Of a DNA stretch of 64,000 nt, positions 25,380 to 38,464 are shown piece after piece. The position numbers and the translations under genes are program-made. Below the pieces are notes generated by a model. It was given only the letters and a program-made list of their open reading frames with translations. It did not search any database and had not been told where the DNA came from. The number at the start of each line of letters is the position of its first letter. The first letter of the stretch is position 1. This DNA is from Octopus bimaculoides. Its lineage: Eukaryota. The DNA lies in contig NC_069004.1 in assembly GCF_001194135.2 (NCBI RefSeq), positions 16,180,754-16,244,753 on the forward strand, given 5' to 3'.

Positions 25380-26030
25380 CTCTTTTCAGAGCCAGTTCTT
25401 CCCAGTTCCTTAGATTGATCTCCAGTTCCTTAGATTGACCTCCAGTTCCTTAGATTGATCTCCAGTTCCTTAGATTGATCTCCAGTTCCTTAGATTGATC
25501 TCCAGTTCCTTAGATTGATCTCCAGTTCCTTAGATTGATCTCCAGTTCCTTAGATTGATCTCCAGTTCCTTCAGGTTGCCTTTTATGCAGTCTTTGTACC
25601 TCTTTTTTGTGTGGTTTGTGCTGAGGATGCTTTCCAGTGCACATCTCACCATAGAACAGCTATTTTGGAATCCTATTATCTTCCACATGGCCTGCGTAAT
25701 GCATCTGAGTAGATATGATGAGTGACTGGAGGCCATTGCAAGGGCTTCTGTATTAGGTGTTTTATTTTGTCACTTTTGATCAAAGCTGTCAAACAGCTTG
25801 AAATGCTTATGGTGTACTGTCCATGTTTCAGAATAGTACAATAGAGCCATTAGTATGCATACCTTGTAAATGTTTCATCTTGGTGATGATGCAATTTGCT
25901 CAGACTATCTTTTCAAACTGCCTAAATGCTACATATGCTTTCTGAATGTGTGGACATATTTCTGCATCTAGAGAGCCTTCTCTTAACAATGTGTTGCCCA
26001 GTTAAACAAAAGTGTCAACTACCCCCTTTC
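25380..26030 (-). mobile_element. Degenerate RTE (BovB-like) 3' ORF region
   Basis: Minus-strand remnants LLYYSETWTVH, AGHVEDNRIPK.LFYGE, KRYKDCIKGNLKELEINL. Confidence 0.7.
25401..25570. repeat. 20 bp minisatellite, 8.5 copies
   Basis: TCCAGTTCCTTAGATTGATC x8 plus a half unit; one internal mismatch (unit 2). Confidence 0.95.
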
Positions 26031-26129
26031 TTGATAATTTTATATAACTCTTTTACTAGTTTCAGCACAAGAGCTGCAGCTATGCTGGGGCACCGCTGTT
26101 AGCTTTACTACACTTTCACTATTTGAAAT

Positions 26130-27530
26130 CTCCTCTGATATGTGGTATTTTGTGAACGAGGGAGTTTGATGCTGCTACTCTCATCTGTGTTTCCTGCTAT
26201 GAGGTAGGCTCATCTGCAACTCATGACAGGAGGAGATCCAGTTTTGTTTTGAAGACACTTACATCCATCCTATGCAGGTCTTTCAAGCTTTTGGGGAGTA
26301 TATTGAATAACTGGATACCCTTGAAACCCAAGCTGTTGCAGTATCTGGTTTGGTATCTTGATGGTAATGTTGGGATCTTTGGCACTATGCTGTTGTACTC
26401 CATTTTGCTGTGTGTAAGTTCCAATACCAATGTTTGGTGCAAGTCCTTCCATGATTTTCCAGATGTATATCACTGCATATCTTTCTTGCTTTCATTCTAG
26501 GGAGTAGAGTCTTAATTTTTTCAGCCTTTTCCAGGAGCTGACATGTATTGAACTTTTCATAACTTTGCAGGATTGCTTCAAGTTCTGCTGTTAATTTTAC
26601 AGTGTGGCGACTATAGTTGGGAGCAGTAGTCTAAGTGGCTGACCATCATGATTTCCTGTTTTCTCATTCAGAAAGTTTCGAAGGATCCAGCCAGTTGCAT
26701 TTTATTGCCACTCTCCAAGTTTTATAACTATGCTGAGATTACACAGCTTGTGACATAATCATACCATTGTTGAACAGCTGCTTTAGCACCCAGTTGTGCT
26801 GTAAGAGCTGTCTCATGCAGCTTCTACCTGGTCATAAACAATGCTTGGTGTTAGTCATCGAGTCATTCTCCTCTAGGAACGAAATTGGTTTCCTGTGGAC
26901 TATTTATTCCATAACTTTCTTGATGTGTGAGGCCTGAAAGATAGACCTATGATTTTCAGCATCTGCTCTGCTTCCTCCTTTATGGATAGGATATATTGTT
27001 CCTACCTTCAGTTTGCCTGGGAGCTTACCACTTGCAGGGAAGCTCTGAAAAAGAAACTGCAGTGGTTTTGCAAGGACTCGGTTACATGATTTGAGAAGGG
27101 TTACTGGGAATTCATCAGGGCCAGCAGCTGAGTTGGGTCAGTATTACGTTTTCTGTAATGTTGATGTAATTAATTATTATGTAGTGGTAAAGAACTCCAC
27201 TAGTTTGTTTCACTTGCCTGTGTCCCAAAAGGATAGTGAAAACACTTGTGAACTGTTCAGTCTTTCACTTATTCATATTGGGTTTTCTGTGAGGGAGCTG
27301 TTCTTTTGGAAGAAGGGCCCTGTCTTGTAGCAGACTGAGGCTGTTTGTATGATAAAGTTCAAGAAAGCTTTAAAGTTTAACTTATTATTCTCTATAACCC
27401 AGGCCTCTTTATCTGTTTCATGGGATTGTTGCAGACTTTTCTCAATCTCCGTCAGTGTTGTTTTCAGGTTGGACTTTTCACAACTGTTGAGATTTTGTTC
27501 AGGTGGTTTGCAATCTTTGTCTGTTGTCTC
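26130..27530 (-). mobile_element. CR1-group LINE, internally deleted
   Basis: NSLGFKGIQLFNILPKSLKDLH...FKTKLDLLLS; colinear with 40345-42020 but lacking the RT core. Confidence 0.8.
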
Positions 27531-27561
27531 ATAAGAATTTTCCTCTCTCTCTCTCTCTCTA

Positions 27562-27596
<35 letters not shown>

Positions 27597-27597
27597 T

Positions 27598-27633
<36 letters not shown>

Positions 27634-28944
27634 ACTAACGAGTGCCACATCCATAAGAAAGGCACCTAGTATACTCTGTAACATGGTCTTCTGTTGCATC
27701 CAACTTATGCCAGCATGGAAGATAATGCTTCAAACAAGGTTGTTGATAGTCATGATCGCACACCATCATCATAATCATCATCATCATCATCATCGTTTAA
27801 CGTCCATCTTCCATGCATGGAAGACGGTTGACAGGAGCTGGCCAGGTAGAAAATCTACCCAAAGCTACTGTGTCTGTTTTGGTAGAGATTTTACATCTGG
27901 ATGCCCTTCCTAACACCAACCACTCCACAGAGTGGACTCAGTGCTTTTTACGTGGCACTAGTACAGGTGAAGTTAGTTTTGGCGCAACTTTTACAGCTGG
28001 ATGCCCTTCCACATGCCAACCATGTTACAGTGTGGACCGGATGCTTTTAACATAGCACCAGTACTGGTAGGGTAAACAAGTAACTAATAAGATAAGGAAT
28101 TATGAGAGGGGCAGAGGCATTTGTGTCAGAGGATGAAAATTAGAGTGTGACAAAGAGACAGAGAAACAGAAGCAGGTGTCTTGCTACAACAGAGGAGGCA
28201 TTAGAGGAGGTGATCCAGTATCAAATGATGAAAGGTTAGAGTGTAACAGAGAAATAGAGAGGCAGAAATAGGTGTCTTACTATAGAGGAGGTACAAGGTT
28301 ACCCAGTGAGAGGAGATAGAGAGAGAGAGAGAGAGAGAGATTAGGAAACAGCAAAAGTGTAAGAGAGAGCAGAAGAGAGATGGTGTAGTGCTAGGGTATA
28401 CTCACAAGTAACAAGAATATGAGCGNNNNNNNNNNNNNNNNNNNNNNNNNNNNNNNNNNNNNNNNNNNNNNNNNNNNNNNNNNNNNNNNNNNNNNAGAGA
28501 GAGAGAGAGAGAGAGAGAGGGGGCAGAAAGAGGCCAGACCCAAGTGTACTGATATAAAGGTGATACTTGGTTACCTAGTTAGGAAAACAAGAGAAGGAGA
28601 GAGAATGACCAAAGGGAAAGAAAGAGAGAGAGAGAGAGAGAGAGATTAGGAAACAGCAAAAGTGTAAGAGAGAGCAGAAGAGAGATGGTGTAGTGCTAGG
28701 GTATACTCACAAGTAACAAGAATATGAGCGTAGAACCTGGTTAGAAAGAAAGGGAGTGGGTGTGGAGAGCAGTGATACAGTGAGCACAAAAAAGGGGATT
28801 GGAACACAATCATAATGTATGAAGAGAAAGATGTGTGGAAGAGAAAGATGCAATTAGAAGAGGAATTGTAGTTTGATTTCTTAGGGTAGAGTGGGTGAAA
28901 AGTGTGTTGTTACATATGGGTGGGACACAACTCTTATAGCACTC

Positions 28945-29185
28945 AGTTTCATGGATGGGTCTTCCCGAGGACCACATATCACCAAACATCTCGGTCTACT
29001 ATCATTTCCTCTGTGAGCCCCAACATCCTAAGATCAGTCCTCACCACTTCATCTTATGTTTTCCTGAGTCTCCCTCTTCCACAGGTACCATCCACTTTCT
29101 GCGACAGGCACTTCTGTATACACCTGTCTTCGGTCATATGTACCACATATCCAAACCAATGCAATCACCTCTCCTGCATATAATC
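28945..29185 (-). mobile_element. RTE 3' end fragment
   Basis: Minus strand LHWFGYVVHMTEDRCIQKC...GRGRLRKT.DEVVRTDLRMLGLTEEM. Confidence 0.8.
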
Positions 29186-29372
29186 ATCAGTAAATCGTAA
29201 ATCTGAAAGAGAAGCACAGTCTAACTTATAGAGCAGTAGAGTATTTAGGTAAAGATATTTATGGCTGATTTATAGGGTTACCCACGGTTTTGTGTCCATA
29301 AAGTGCTTAGCTTTGTATATGTCTGACATGATGTAAGTAAAGCTAAGCACGGCCATAAATATCTTTATCTCT

Positions 29373-29425
<53 letters not shown>

Positions 29426-29787
29426 NNNNNNNNNNNNNNNNNNNNNNNNNNNNNNNNNNNNNNNNNNNNNNNNNNNNNNNNNNNNNNNNNNNNNNNNNNN
29501 NNNNNNATATATATATATATATATATATATATACATTTATATATATATATATATATATACAGAATATGGGGTTTAGTCCACTGGTGATCTAAATGACTAG
29601 GTACGCTGGGTAAGTGCTGTAATGGATTATCAGAGCTCCAAACTTGTAACTAAGACGGGAGCTATGGATCCATTTTGGGTTTTAGGTTTAGCAGATGTAT
29701 ATTTATGAAAGACGACAACAAATGCCAAGGCATAACAAGTATCTCAATTCATTTACATTATTTTATGTTATTCTTAAATTAGTCGAA

Positions 29788-29863
29788 GTTTTACAGCTTT
29801 TTCTGGGATATTCCAAATGATAGGTGAGTATGTCTGAATATGGAATATTCCATCATCAGAGAC
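29788..29863 (-). ncRNA. Minimal type I hammerhead ribozyme motif, second family
   Basis: Minus strand GTCT-CTGATGA-TGGAATATTCCA-loop-TGGAATATCCCA-GAAA(A)AGCTGTA-AAAC. Right arm supplies GAAACAGCTGTA-TGGC (~30086-30101). Stem II is 12 bp with 1 mismatch; stem III palindrome ACAGCTGT; GUA triplet. Confidence 0.7.
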
Positions 29864-30140
29864 AAGTGGAGAACATATGAAAGATCTAGACATGGAAATA
29901 TTCAGATAAAACATCTAGACATGGAAAATTCGCAGATAATAAGCAATGAAATAGAAGAGTAGAGAGTAAAGAAATAAAGTTCACAGTTCATTTTATGGAT
30001 GTTAGTCCGAATGTCCTTAGGTAAAATCCAAGGTAAATCCAGGCAGTATTATGGCAATACTACAGCTATCACTTGGGATATCCCAGAAACAGCTGTATGG
30101 CTTCAACCAATTTAAGAATAATATAAAATAAAGTATATTG

Positions 30141-30373
30141 AGGGCAGCGAAACAGCAGAATTGTTAGCATGCCAGGTGAAATGCTTAGTAGTATTTCGTC
30201 TGCTGTTATGTTCTGAGTTCAAATTCCACCAAGGTCGACTTTGCCTTTCATCCTTTCAGGGTCAATTAAATAAGTACTAGTTACACACTGGGGTCAAGGT
30301 AATTGACTTAACCTCTTTGTCTGTCCTTGTTTGTCCCCTCTATGTTTAGCCCCCTGTGGGCAATAAAGAAATA
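30141..30373 (+). mobile_element. SINE family A, full-length
   Basis: A/B boxes, core motif and AATAAAGAAATA tail; ~19 bp degenerate TSD AATATAAAAT(AAA/GAT)GTATAT at 30120-30138 and 30374-30392. Confidence 0.85.
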
Positions 30374-30436
30374 AATATAAAATGATGTATATGACTTGAG
30401 ATGCTTGTTATGCCTTAGCGTTTGTTGTCCTCTTTC

Positions 30437-30475
<39 letters not shown>

Positions 30476-31454
30476 TCATTCATAATTTTTCCATTCATAA
30501 TTTTTTCATTCATATTTTTATTATTACGTTTGTAGAAATAAATAATCTTGTATTTTTCTATTATTCAATTCATCTTTAATTATAATTAAATAAACGTCTT
30601 TAGCTTTAAATAGTATAGCTTTAACTATTACACCGGTTAAATATGTACTAATTTTATCTTCATTATTATTTTAAACTTAAACTTCGTTCAACTTGTATTT
30701 AAAACAATGATAATTTAAAACAATGNNNNNNNNNNNNNNNNNNNNNNNNNNNNNNNNNNNNNNNNNNNNNNNNNNNNNNNNNNNNNNNNNNNNNNNNNNN
30801 NNNNNNNNNNNNNNNNNNNNNNNNNNNNNNNNNNNNNNNNNNNNNNNNNNNNNNNNNNNNNNNNNNNNNNNNNNNNNNNNNNNNNNNNNNNNNNNNNNNN
30901 NNNNNNNNNNNNNNNNNNNNNNNNNNNNNNNNNNNNNNNNNNNNNNNNNNNNNNNNNNNNNNNNNNNNNNNNNNNNNNNNNNNNNNNNNNNNNNNNNNNN
31001 NNNNNNNNNNNNNNNNNNNNNNNNNNNNNNNNNNNNNNNNNNNNNNNNNNNNNNNNNNNNNNNNNNNNNNNNNNNNNNNNNNNNNNNNNNNNNNNNNNNN
31101 NNNNNNNNNNNNNNNNNNNNNNNNNNNNNNNNNNNNNNNNNNNNNNNNNNNNNNNNNNNNNNNNNNNNNNNNNNNNNNNNNNNNNNNNNNNNNNNNNNNN
31201 NNNNNNNNNNNNNNNNNNNNNNNNNNNNNNNNNNNNNNNNNNNNNNNNNNNNNNNNNNNNNNNNNNNNNNNNNNNNNNNNNNNNNNNNNNNNNNNNNNNN
31301 NNNNNNNNNNNNNNNNNNNNNNNNNNNNNNNNNNNNNNNNNNNNNNNNNNNNNNNNNNNNNNNNNNNNNNNNNNNNNNNNNNNNNNNNNNNNNNNNNNNN
31401 NNNNNNNNNNNNNNNNNNNNNNNNNNNNNNNNNNNNNNNNNNNNNNNNNNNNNN

Positions 31455-31501
<47 letters not shown>

Positions 31502-31688
31502 CAGCAAGGTAATAACTTTATAACATGTATTTCATAGTTCCTCTATGGTTATTGGCTACCATATGCTATCATACAGCAGGAATAGTCCTTTTACTAGATA
31601 TACACTTGGAAATTCATTAGTGTACACAAAATTGATACAAAAAATTTATAATACAAGAAAATAGAATGAACAAGTTTTAATCCAAATA

Positions 31689-31928
31689 TAATTGTTTCTG
31701 TGCATCAGTTGTTGATTGCTGAGTTTTCACATATTATACATATTATTATATGAATATTATATAAATATGATACAGCAATAGCTGTGTACTTGCACATCAT
31801 TAGGTGAGTGACTTTGAGAGCACTACTGATAGCTGAGAGCTATTGCTGGATTATATTTATGCAATGATATGTATAATATGTGAAAACTCAGCAACTAACA
31901 GCTGATGCTAGCACACAGAAACAATTGT
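31689..31928. repeat. ~240 bp imperfect palindrome with decayed hammerhead-like ends
   Basis: 31689-31783 inverts to ~31818-31928; right arm CTGATGCTAGCACACAGAAACAATTGT. Confidence 0.8.
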
Positions 31929-32063
31929 TGTGATTTAGAGCTTTTCCTCCTCCATATTTTTAAGAGGTCATGGGTCCACAGATTTTTGGGATCAGATACG
32001 CCATAAAGCTAAACCCTTTATAGACGGGAAACCTAAGGTAATCTCATAAACAGGCCTTCCCCA

Positions 32064-32113
<50 letters not shown>

Positions 32114-33546
32114 TATATATATACANNNNNNNNNNNNNNNNNNNNNNNNNNNNNNNNNNNNNNNNNNNNNNNNNNNNNNNNNNNNNNNNNNNNNNNNNNN
32201 NNNNNNNNNNNNNNNNNNNNNNNNNNNNNNNNNNNNNNNNNNNNNNNNNNNNNNNNNNNNNNNNNNNNNNNNNNNNNNNNNNNNNNNNNNNNNNNNNNNN
32301 NNNNNNNNNNNNNNNNNNNNNNNNNNNNNNNNNNNNNNNNNNNNNNNNNNNNNNNNNNNNNNNNNNNNNNNNNNNNNNNNNNNNNNNNNNNNNNNNNNNN
32401 NNNNNNNNNNNNNNNNNNNNNNNNNNNNNNNNNNNNNNNNNNNNNNNNNNNNNNNNNNNNNNNNNNNNNNNNNNNNNNNNNNNNNNNNNNNNNNNNNNNN
32501 NNNNNNNNNNNNNNNNNNNNNNNNNNNNNNNNNNNNNNNNNNNNNNNNNNNNNNNNNNNNNNNNNNNNNNNNNNNNNNNNNNNNNNNNNNNNNNNNNNNN
32601 NNNNNNNNNNNNNNNNNNNNNNNNNNNNNNNNNNNNNNNNNNNNNNNNNNNNNNNNNNNNNNNNNNNNNNNNNNNNNNNNNNNNNNNNNNNNNNNNNNNN
32701 NNNNNNNNNNNNNNNNNNNNNNNNNNNNNNNNNNNNNNNNNNNNNNNNNNNNNNNNNNNNNNNNNNNNNNNNNNNNNNNNNNNNNNNNNNNNNNNNNNNN
32801 NNNNNNNNNNNNNNNNNNNNNNNNNNNNNNNNNNNNNNNNNNNNNNNNNNNNNNNNNNNNNNNNNNNNNNNNNNNNNNNNNNNNNNNNNNNNNNNNNNNN
32901 NNNNNNNNNNNNNNNNNNNNNNNNNNNNNNNNNNNNNNNNNNNNNNNNNNNNNNNNNNNNNNNNNNNNNNNNNNNNNNGTGTCCAATTTAACTCGATTTC
33001 GATTTCACTTGCCTCAACAGGTCTTCACAAGTGGAGTTTAGTGTCCATTGAAGGAAGGTACGTCTAAGTGGACTGGCTGAGGCCTTAGATTTAGATCTCA
33101 CTTGGCTTGCTGGGTTTTCTCACGCACAGCATTTGGCAGAGTTTCTACAGCTGGATGCCCTTCCTAAACGCCAACCACTCAGAGAGTGTAGTGGGTGCTT
33201 TTACGTGCCATCGGCATGAAGGCCAGTCAAGCGGTACTGGCAACGGCCACGCTCAAAATGGTGTATTTAATGTGCCACCCACACAAGAGCCAGTCTAGGA
33301 GAACTGGCAACGATCTCGCTCGAAAGTCCTTACACATGCCGCGGGCACAAGTGCCAGAAAGGCGACGCTAGGCACATATATATGTACATACACAGAATAT
33401 ATCTAAAGACAGTTATAAATGTCTTTACATATATAAATGTTTTCAAAGTTTTGTCAACTGTAGGTAATTTACATGTATATACATTTGTGTACTCTAGCAT
33501 TGTTTCACTACATACTATCCATAATAACCAGTTTACCTGTATGTAT

Positions 33547-33590
<44 letters not shown>

Positions 33591-33874
33591 TTTCTTCTTT
33601 ATACTTGTTTCAGTCATTTGAAATGCTGAAGCCCTGCCTTTAGTAGAGCAAATCGACCCCAGAACTTATTCTTTGTAAGCCTAATACTTATTCTATCGGT
33701 CGATTTTGCTGAACCGCTAAGTTATGGCGACATAAACACACCACCATTGGTTGTCAAGCNNNNNNNNNNNNNNNNNNNNNNNNNNNNNNNNNNNNNNNNN
33801 NNNNNNNNNNNNNNNNNNNNNNNNNNNNNNNNNNNNNNNCACACACACACATATATATACACATATATATATAT

Positions 33875-33950
<76 letters not shown>

Positions 33951-34029
33951 GTATATATACATATGTATATATATGTGTGTGATGTGTGTATATAGACACA
34001 AACATATATATATATATAATGAGTATAAT

Positions 34030-34240
34030 GTGGCAAGCTGGCAGAAACGTTAGCACACCAGGCAAAATGCTTAGCAATATTTTGTCTGTCTTTATGTTCT
34101 GAGTTCATATTCATCCAAGGTCGACTTTGCCTTTCATCCTTTCGGGGTTGATAAATTAAGTACCGGTTGCGTCCTGGAGTCGATTTAATCGCCTGGCTCC
34201 CTCCCCCAAAATTTTGGGCCTTGTGCCTAAAGTAGAAAAG
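34030..34240 (+). mobile_element. SINE family A
   Basis: Same head and core as the 13-15 kb array; more copies at ~1800-1975, 4780-4950, 9800-10010, 16220-16790, 35690-35900, 51960-52350, 63290-63720 (+) and 3930-4070, 53330-53560 (-). Confidence 0.85.
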
Positions 34241-35157
34241 TATATATAATGTGTATGTACATATATGTGTAAACACACAAAATGTGTGTATATTAGCTGC
34301 TGTGATGCAAACTTTATTATATTTAACTACTGTGAACTTGCACTAGAGACTCCATGTGTATATCTCCCTCCTCACAACCACCTCCCTCTCTCTCTCTCTT
34401 TCTTTCTCTCTCTCTCTCTTTCTCTCTCGTTCTCTCCACCCCATCTCCCACCTTATTATTACTCCATTACCACCACCACTAACATTGCCAGCAGCACAGG
34501 CAAAGTTCTTACTATATTTGCTATTCTGCTTTTCCAAGCTGTAAGTTAGACCTTGGCCTCATTCTAATACTTTCCTAACAAAGCTGACTCATATTTACAC
34601 TAATCTCTCCCTTCGTCCCACCACCACCACCACCACCACCACCATTAGCTCTTCCTCCTTCTCCTCATCTATATTCTCTCCCTTTCTTTTATGTCTTTAA
34701 CTGTCAAATCTGAATATCTTTCACTTGCTCTATTTACACTCTCTCACATACATACACAAAAATGTAAGTGAGACGTTTGTGTGTGCACTAGTACACATCT
34801 GTGTCTGTGTGTGCTTATGTGTATGTATATATATATGTATAAGGTGCATCGTGTGTGGGTGTGTTTCTGAAGCAAGAAGGGCAGTGCCCTCTTTTTTTTT
34901 TAAAATTCTCCTGGACAGAAATTGAAATAACTGGGTGATGTTAGTGCAGTTTGTTTGTATGTGATGGTTCGTCTCTATCAATGTTGTTCTCTGTTATCTC
35001 TCACTATAATTGTCTTTGTATATGGGTGCTTTGTCATGTATATATTTGTAAGTAATATACACTCATATATTTCTAATGTTTGTTTGCATATTAGATGTAC
35101 ACACACATACTCTCATCCAACCCATGCAAACATGGAAAAGTAGTGATTTAAACTGTG

Positions 35158-35192
<35 letters not shown>

Positions 35193-35202
35193 NNNNNNNN
35201 NN

Positions 35203-35239
<37 letters not shown>

Positions 35240-36264
35240 AGAGAGGCATGTAAAAGTAGTGTAGAAGTTTATTTTTCAATCATGTGAACCTGTGTTTAAT
35301 CTTGGGCCATGGAGCCAGTCAGATGGACTGTTCATCTAATTGAAAGGGCCAGCTTTGTAACTGATTCTTCCTGAACATAATTCATTAAAGGTAAACATGC
35401 CTAAAATATTCAGGCTTGTAAATGCTAATAGACTGAATAGGTAATTCAGTGGATCAAACATTTTATTAATATCATTGAGAATATTTACAAGTCCTGCACT
35501 GTTGTGTGTGTGTGTGTGTGCATGCATACCCACTTCACCCATCCATCCACACTTAAGGAGGTGATTGAGGTATGGAAGTTGGGCAGGGTGGTAGTGATAG
35601 GGAAGTAATATATTTCTTCTGTAAGTTATGACCTAGAGGTAGAGATTTATTGCTACCTACCTTGATTCTGTGTTTGAATGCTGACAGGAATGGTGATAAA
35701 ACATAAGGACATAAAGATGGACAAAATGCTTTGTGGCATTTTGTCCATCTTTATGTTCTGAGTTCAAATTCTACCAAGGTCGACTTTGCCTTTCATTTTT
35801 TGGGGGGGTTGATAAAATAAGTACCAGTGAAGCACTGGGATTGATGTCATCAACTTAACCCCTCCCTTGAAATTGCTGGCCTTGTGCCAAAATTTGAAAC
35901 CAGTTGTATGGCTTTCCAGTAGAGCTTGTATTATCATCACCTGTTTATGTTTGCTTTTCTCTGTTGTTGTATTACATTGGCTTTTCTTGATGGGTAGCAT
36001 TCGCTTTTCTCAATGGCATAGCATCTCACCATATGTTGCACTTATGTGTCATCTCTTATATTCATCTAGTTTCTTCATATCAGACTTAAACATTTCATCA
36101 TCAATCTTCTTCAGTCTCCCTCTTCTGCAGTTTCCTGTCACTTACCTTGTTTGACTGGGTTTTTTTTTTTTCAGCCAGCTATCTTCTTCATACACATCAC
36201 ATTTCCAACTAGTTCAGTCTCTTCTCTTGTATCATTTTTTTGTTGGATATGTAAAAATAAAGAT

Positions 36265-37127
36265 TGCATTGCTTTCAAAATGTTTCCGGACTTGTTCTGT
36301 TGTGCACCAACAGATGGCAGCACATGGTTGCATGAGCAGTTAGAGCCACCAGTGACCTTCATGAGGCAGTGTGCTGAGTGATATCACTTTGCAAGTTGTG
36401 AAATTTGTTTTTGTGATCACACAAATGCTGTAGTCAGCAGTTTTGTCATGGACAGGAGCAAAGAGCCAATGTGAAATTTTTGTGCTAAACTTGAGAAATC
36501 TGCTACAGTGACATTGAGCATGCTTCGGCAAGTATATGGCGATGAGGGAATGGGTTCACACAATGATTCAAGTGGCATGGACACTTCAAAAGCAGAAGAA
36601 TGTCTCTAGAAGATGATGAGCAATCTGGAAGACCTGCCATGAGCATCACTCCCAGAAATGTGGTGTTGTGCATTGAGAATTCGTCCTACAGGGTCAGACC
36701 ATCAGTCAAGAGTTCTACTGCTATGTTTTGAAGTGTTTGAGGGAGAACATTCAGTGGAAGCTACTGGATCTGTGGAGTGCAAAGAATTTGATTCTTCACC
36801 AAGCTCACTTCACTTGTGAGTTTCTCGCTGAAAACAACATGTTATCACTTCCGCATCAGCCCTTTTTGCCAGATTTAGCACCTGTAGACTTCCATCTCTT
36901 CCCCAAGAAGAAAATGCAGTTCAAAGGTCACCCCAGAGGGAATCACAGAAGGTCCTCAACTCACTTAGGGAAAATGACTTCCAGGCCAGATTCCAAAAGT
37001 GACAGGAATGCTAGGACTGGTGTATTGTTGTGCAAGGTGATTATTTTGAAGGAGATGATGTTAAAACATAAGTTATTTTTTTTTATTAAACATAACTAGT
37101 TCAGGAACCTTTTTTTACTAACTCGTA
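36265..37127 (+). mobile_element. Internally deleted mariner with both termini
   Basis: QRANVKFCAKLEKSATVTLSMLRQVYGDE, SLEDDEQSGRP, PDLAPVDFHLFPK; TIR-like TTTCAAAATGTTTCCGGACT (5') and AGTTCAGGAACCTTTTTTTACTAACTCGTA (3'). Confidence 0.8.
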
Positions 37128-38109
37128 CCTTCTTAGCTTAGGAGATAAGAGTAACAGCAAAAGTGGTGAATGGCACAATCAGGAGAGAATTGGTCAGAAC
37201 ACAGAAGTTGAATTTGCCTTTAGTCTTCTGGCGGTTGGTAAGGTAACCAACAAACAAGGGAGCCTATATCTGGTAGAAATAGTAGTCAAATCTTCCTTAA
37301 GTCAAACCCTTATATATTGGAAACAGGACACATTTGTTGGTGTACTACTAGACATGAGAATATGACAACCATTGCTTAAGGTACCAGGTGGAGAGATAAA
37401 CAGTTGCACCAACATTAGCTGGTACTTTCTGTTTTAACATTGAAAAGATGAAAGGTGAAGTGGACCTCAGCAGTATTGGAACTCAGAGTGCAGAGAACTG
37501 GAGCAAATATAATGCATTTTATCGTATTCTCAAACAACTCATCTATTCATCTGCCTTACTACTAGATTTATGACTTCTGAAAAAAGATAACATTGCCATG
37601 GACAGAACATTTTTGATCAAAAGTCAGCTTAATTGTGATAGACCTGAGTAAAAAACTACAATAATAAATAGGTGCCATCAGCTACTGAGTCCATTGTTGA
37701 TGTTTCACCTCTACCTCATCAAAATTGTCACCATGCACAAATGTTAGAAATCATTGTTGCTCTATCACTAAAGACTGGGTTTTTGGATTCTTTTCTGTTA
37801 CATTTCTGGCAATCAGTTCATCAACCAATTGGTCAGTCAAAACTGATAACCTAGGGAATAAATTAATTGTATGTGTGTGTGTGTGTGTGTGTGTGATCAT
37901 CATCGCCATTTTACCATCCACTTTTGTATATTTGTATGGGTTGAACAAATTTGTAAGGTAATATTTGTCCATGGCTAGACATGTTTTCATAGCAGAATGA
38001 AATGAAACACATCACTTGCATGATGGTGATACTTAATTACAACTGCCATGTGAGGTCATAACAAGGACACTATAATAAATGTATACATACAAGTGTGTCT
38101 CTGTGTGTC

Positions 38110-38141
<32 letters not shown>

Positions 38142-38145
<4 letters not shown>

Positions 38146-38400
38146 AGCAGAGATACCCAGCCTTGCTCAGGATTAAAATGTCATAGGTTTTTTTATTGTT
38201 TTGGGTTTATTTTTAAATTTATTTCTAATACCTATGGTTCAAATTTCATCAAAATCCGAAGCATATGAATTTTCATGGGGTGGGTGGGGGTGAATTACCT
38301 CTACAGTTTGAAGTTTGGAAGTGTGGAAGTTCTAAAGATAATTTATGGACATGACAGGACAGTTACACAGGGAAAGGAAAGCTAAAACAACAAATGGGGT
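38142..38400 (+). mobile_element. Non-autonomous Helitron-like element (5' part)
   Basis: Starts ACTAGCAGAGATACCCAGCCTTGCTCAGG after (TA)n and contains TTCAAATTTCATCAAAATCC, resembling Lep1-type Helitrons from memory; related 5' end at ~47545 (-). Confidence 0.5.
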
Positions 38401-38464
38401 GGGAGTGAGTGACAGTCACAGATGCTAAATGCAGGTGACTTTAGTTTATCAGTTTCATGCACAC

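Larger units (their letters stand above)
29700..30452. mobile_element. Fold-back element with hammerhead core (second family); SINE inserted in right arm
   Basis: 29700-29828 is the reverse complement of 30062-30138 plus 30374-30452; hammerhead core on the minus strand at 29788-29863. Confidence 0.8.

Noticed and set aside
25401-25570. CRISPR-like regular array
   Set aside because: Units are contiguous with no unique spacers, in a eukaryotic context; it is a minisatellite.
28321-28730. Identical ~105 bp direct repeat (28330-28425 and 28635-28730) flanking an N gap
   Set aside because: 100% identity across a scaffold gap bounded by (GA)n indicates unmerged contig overlap, i.e. a probable assembly artefact.
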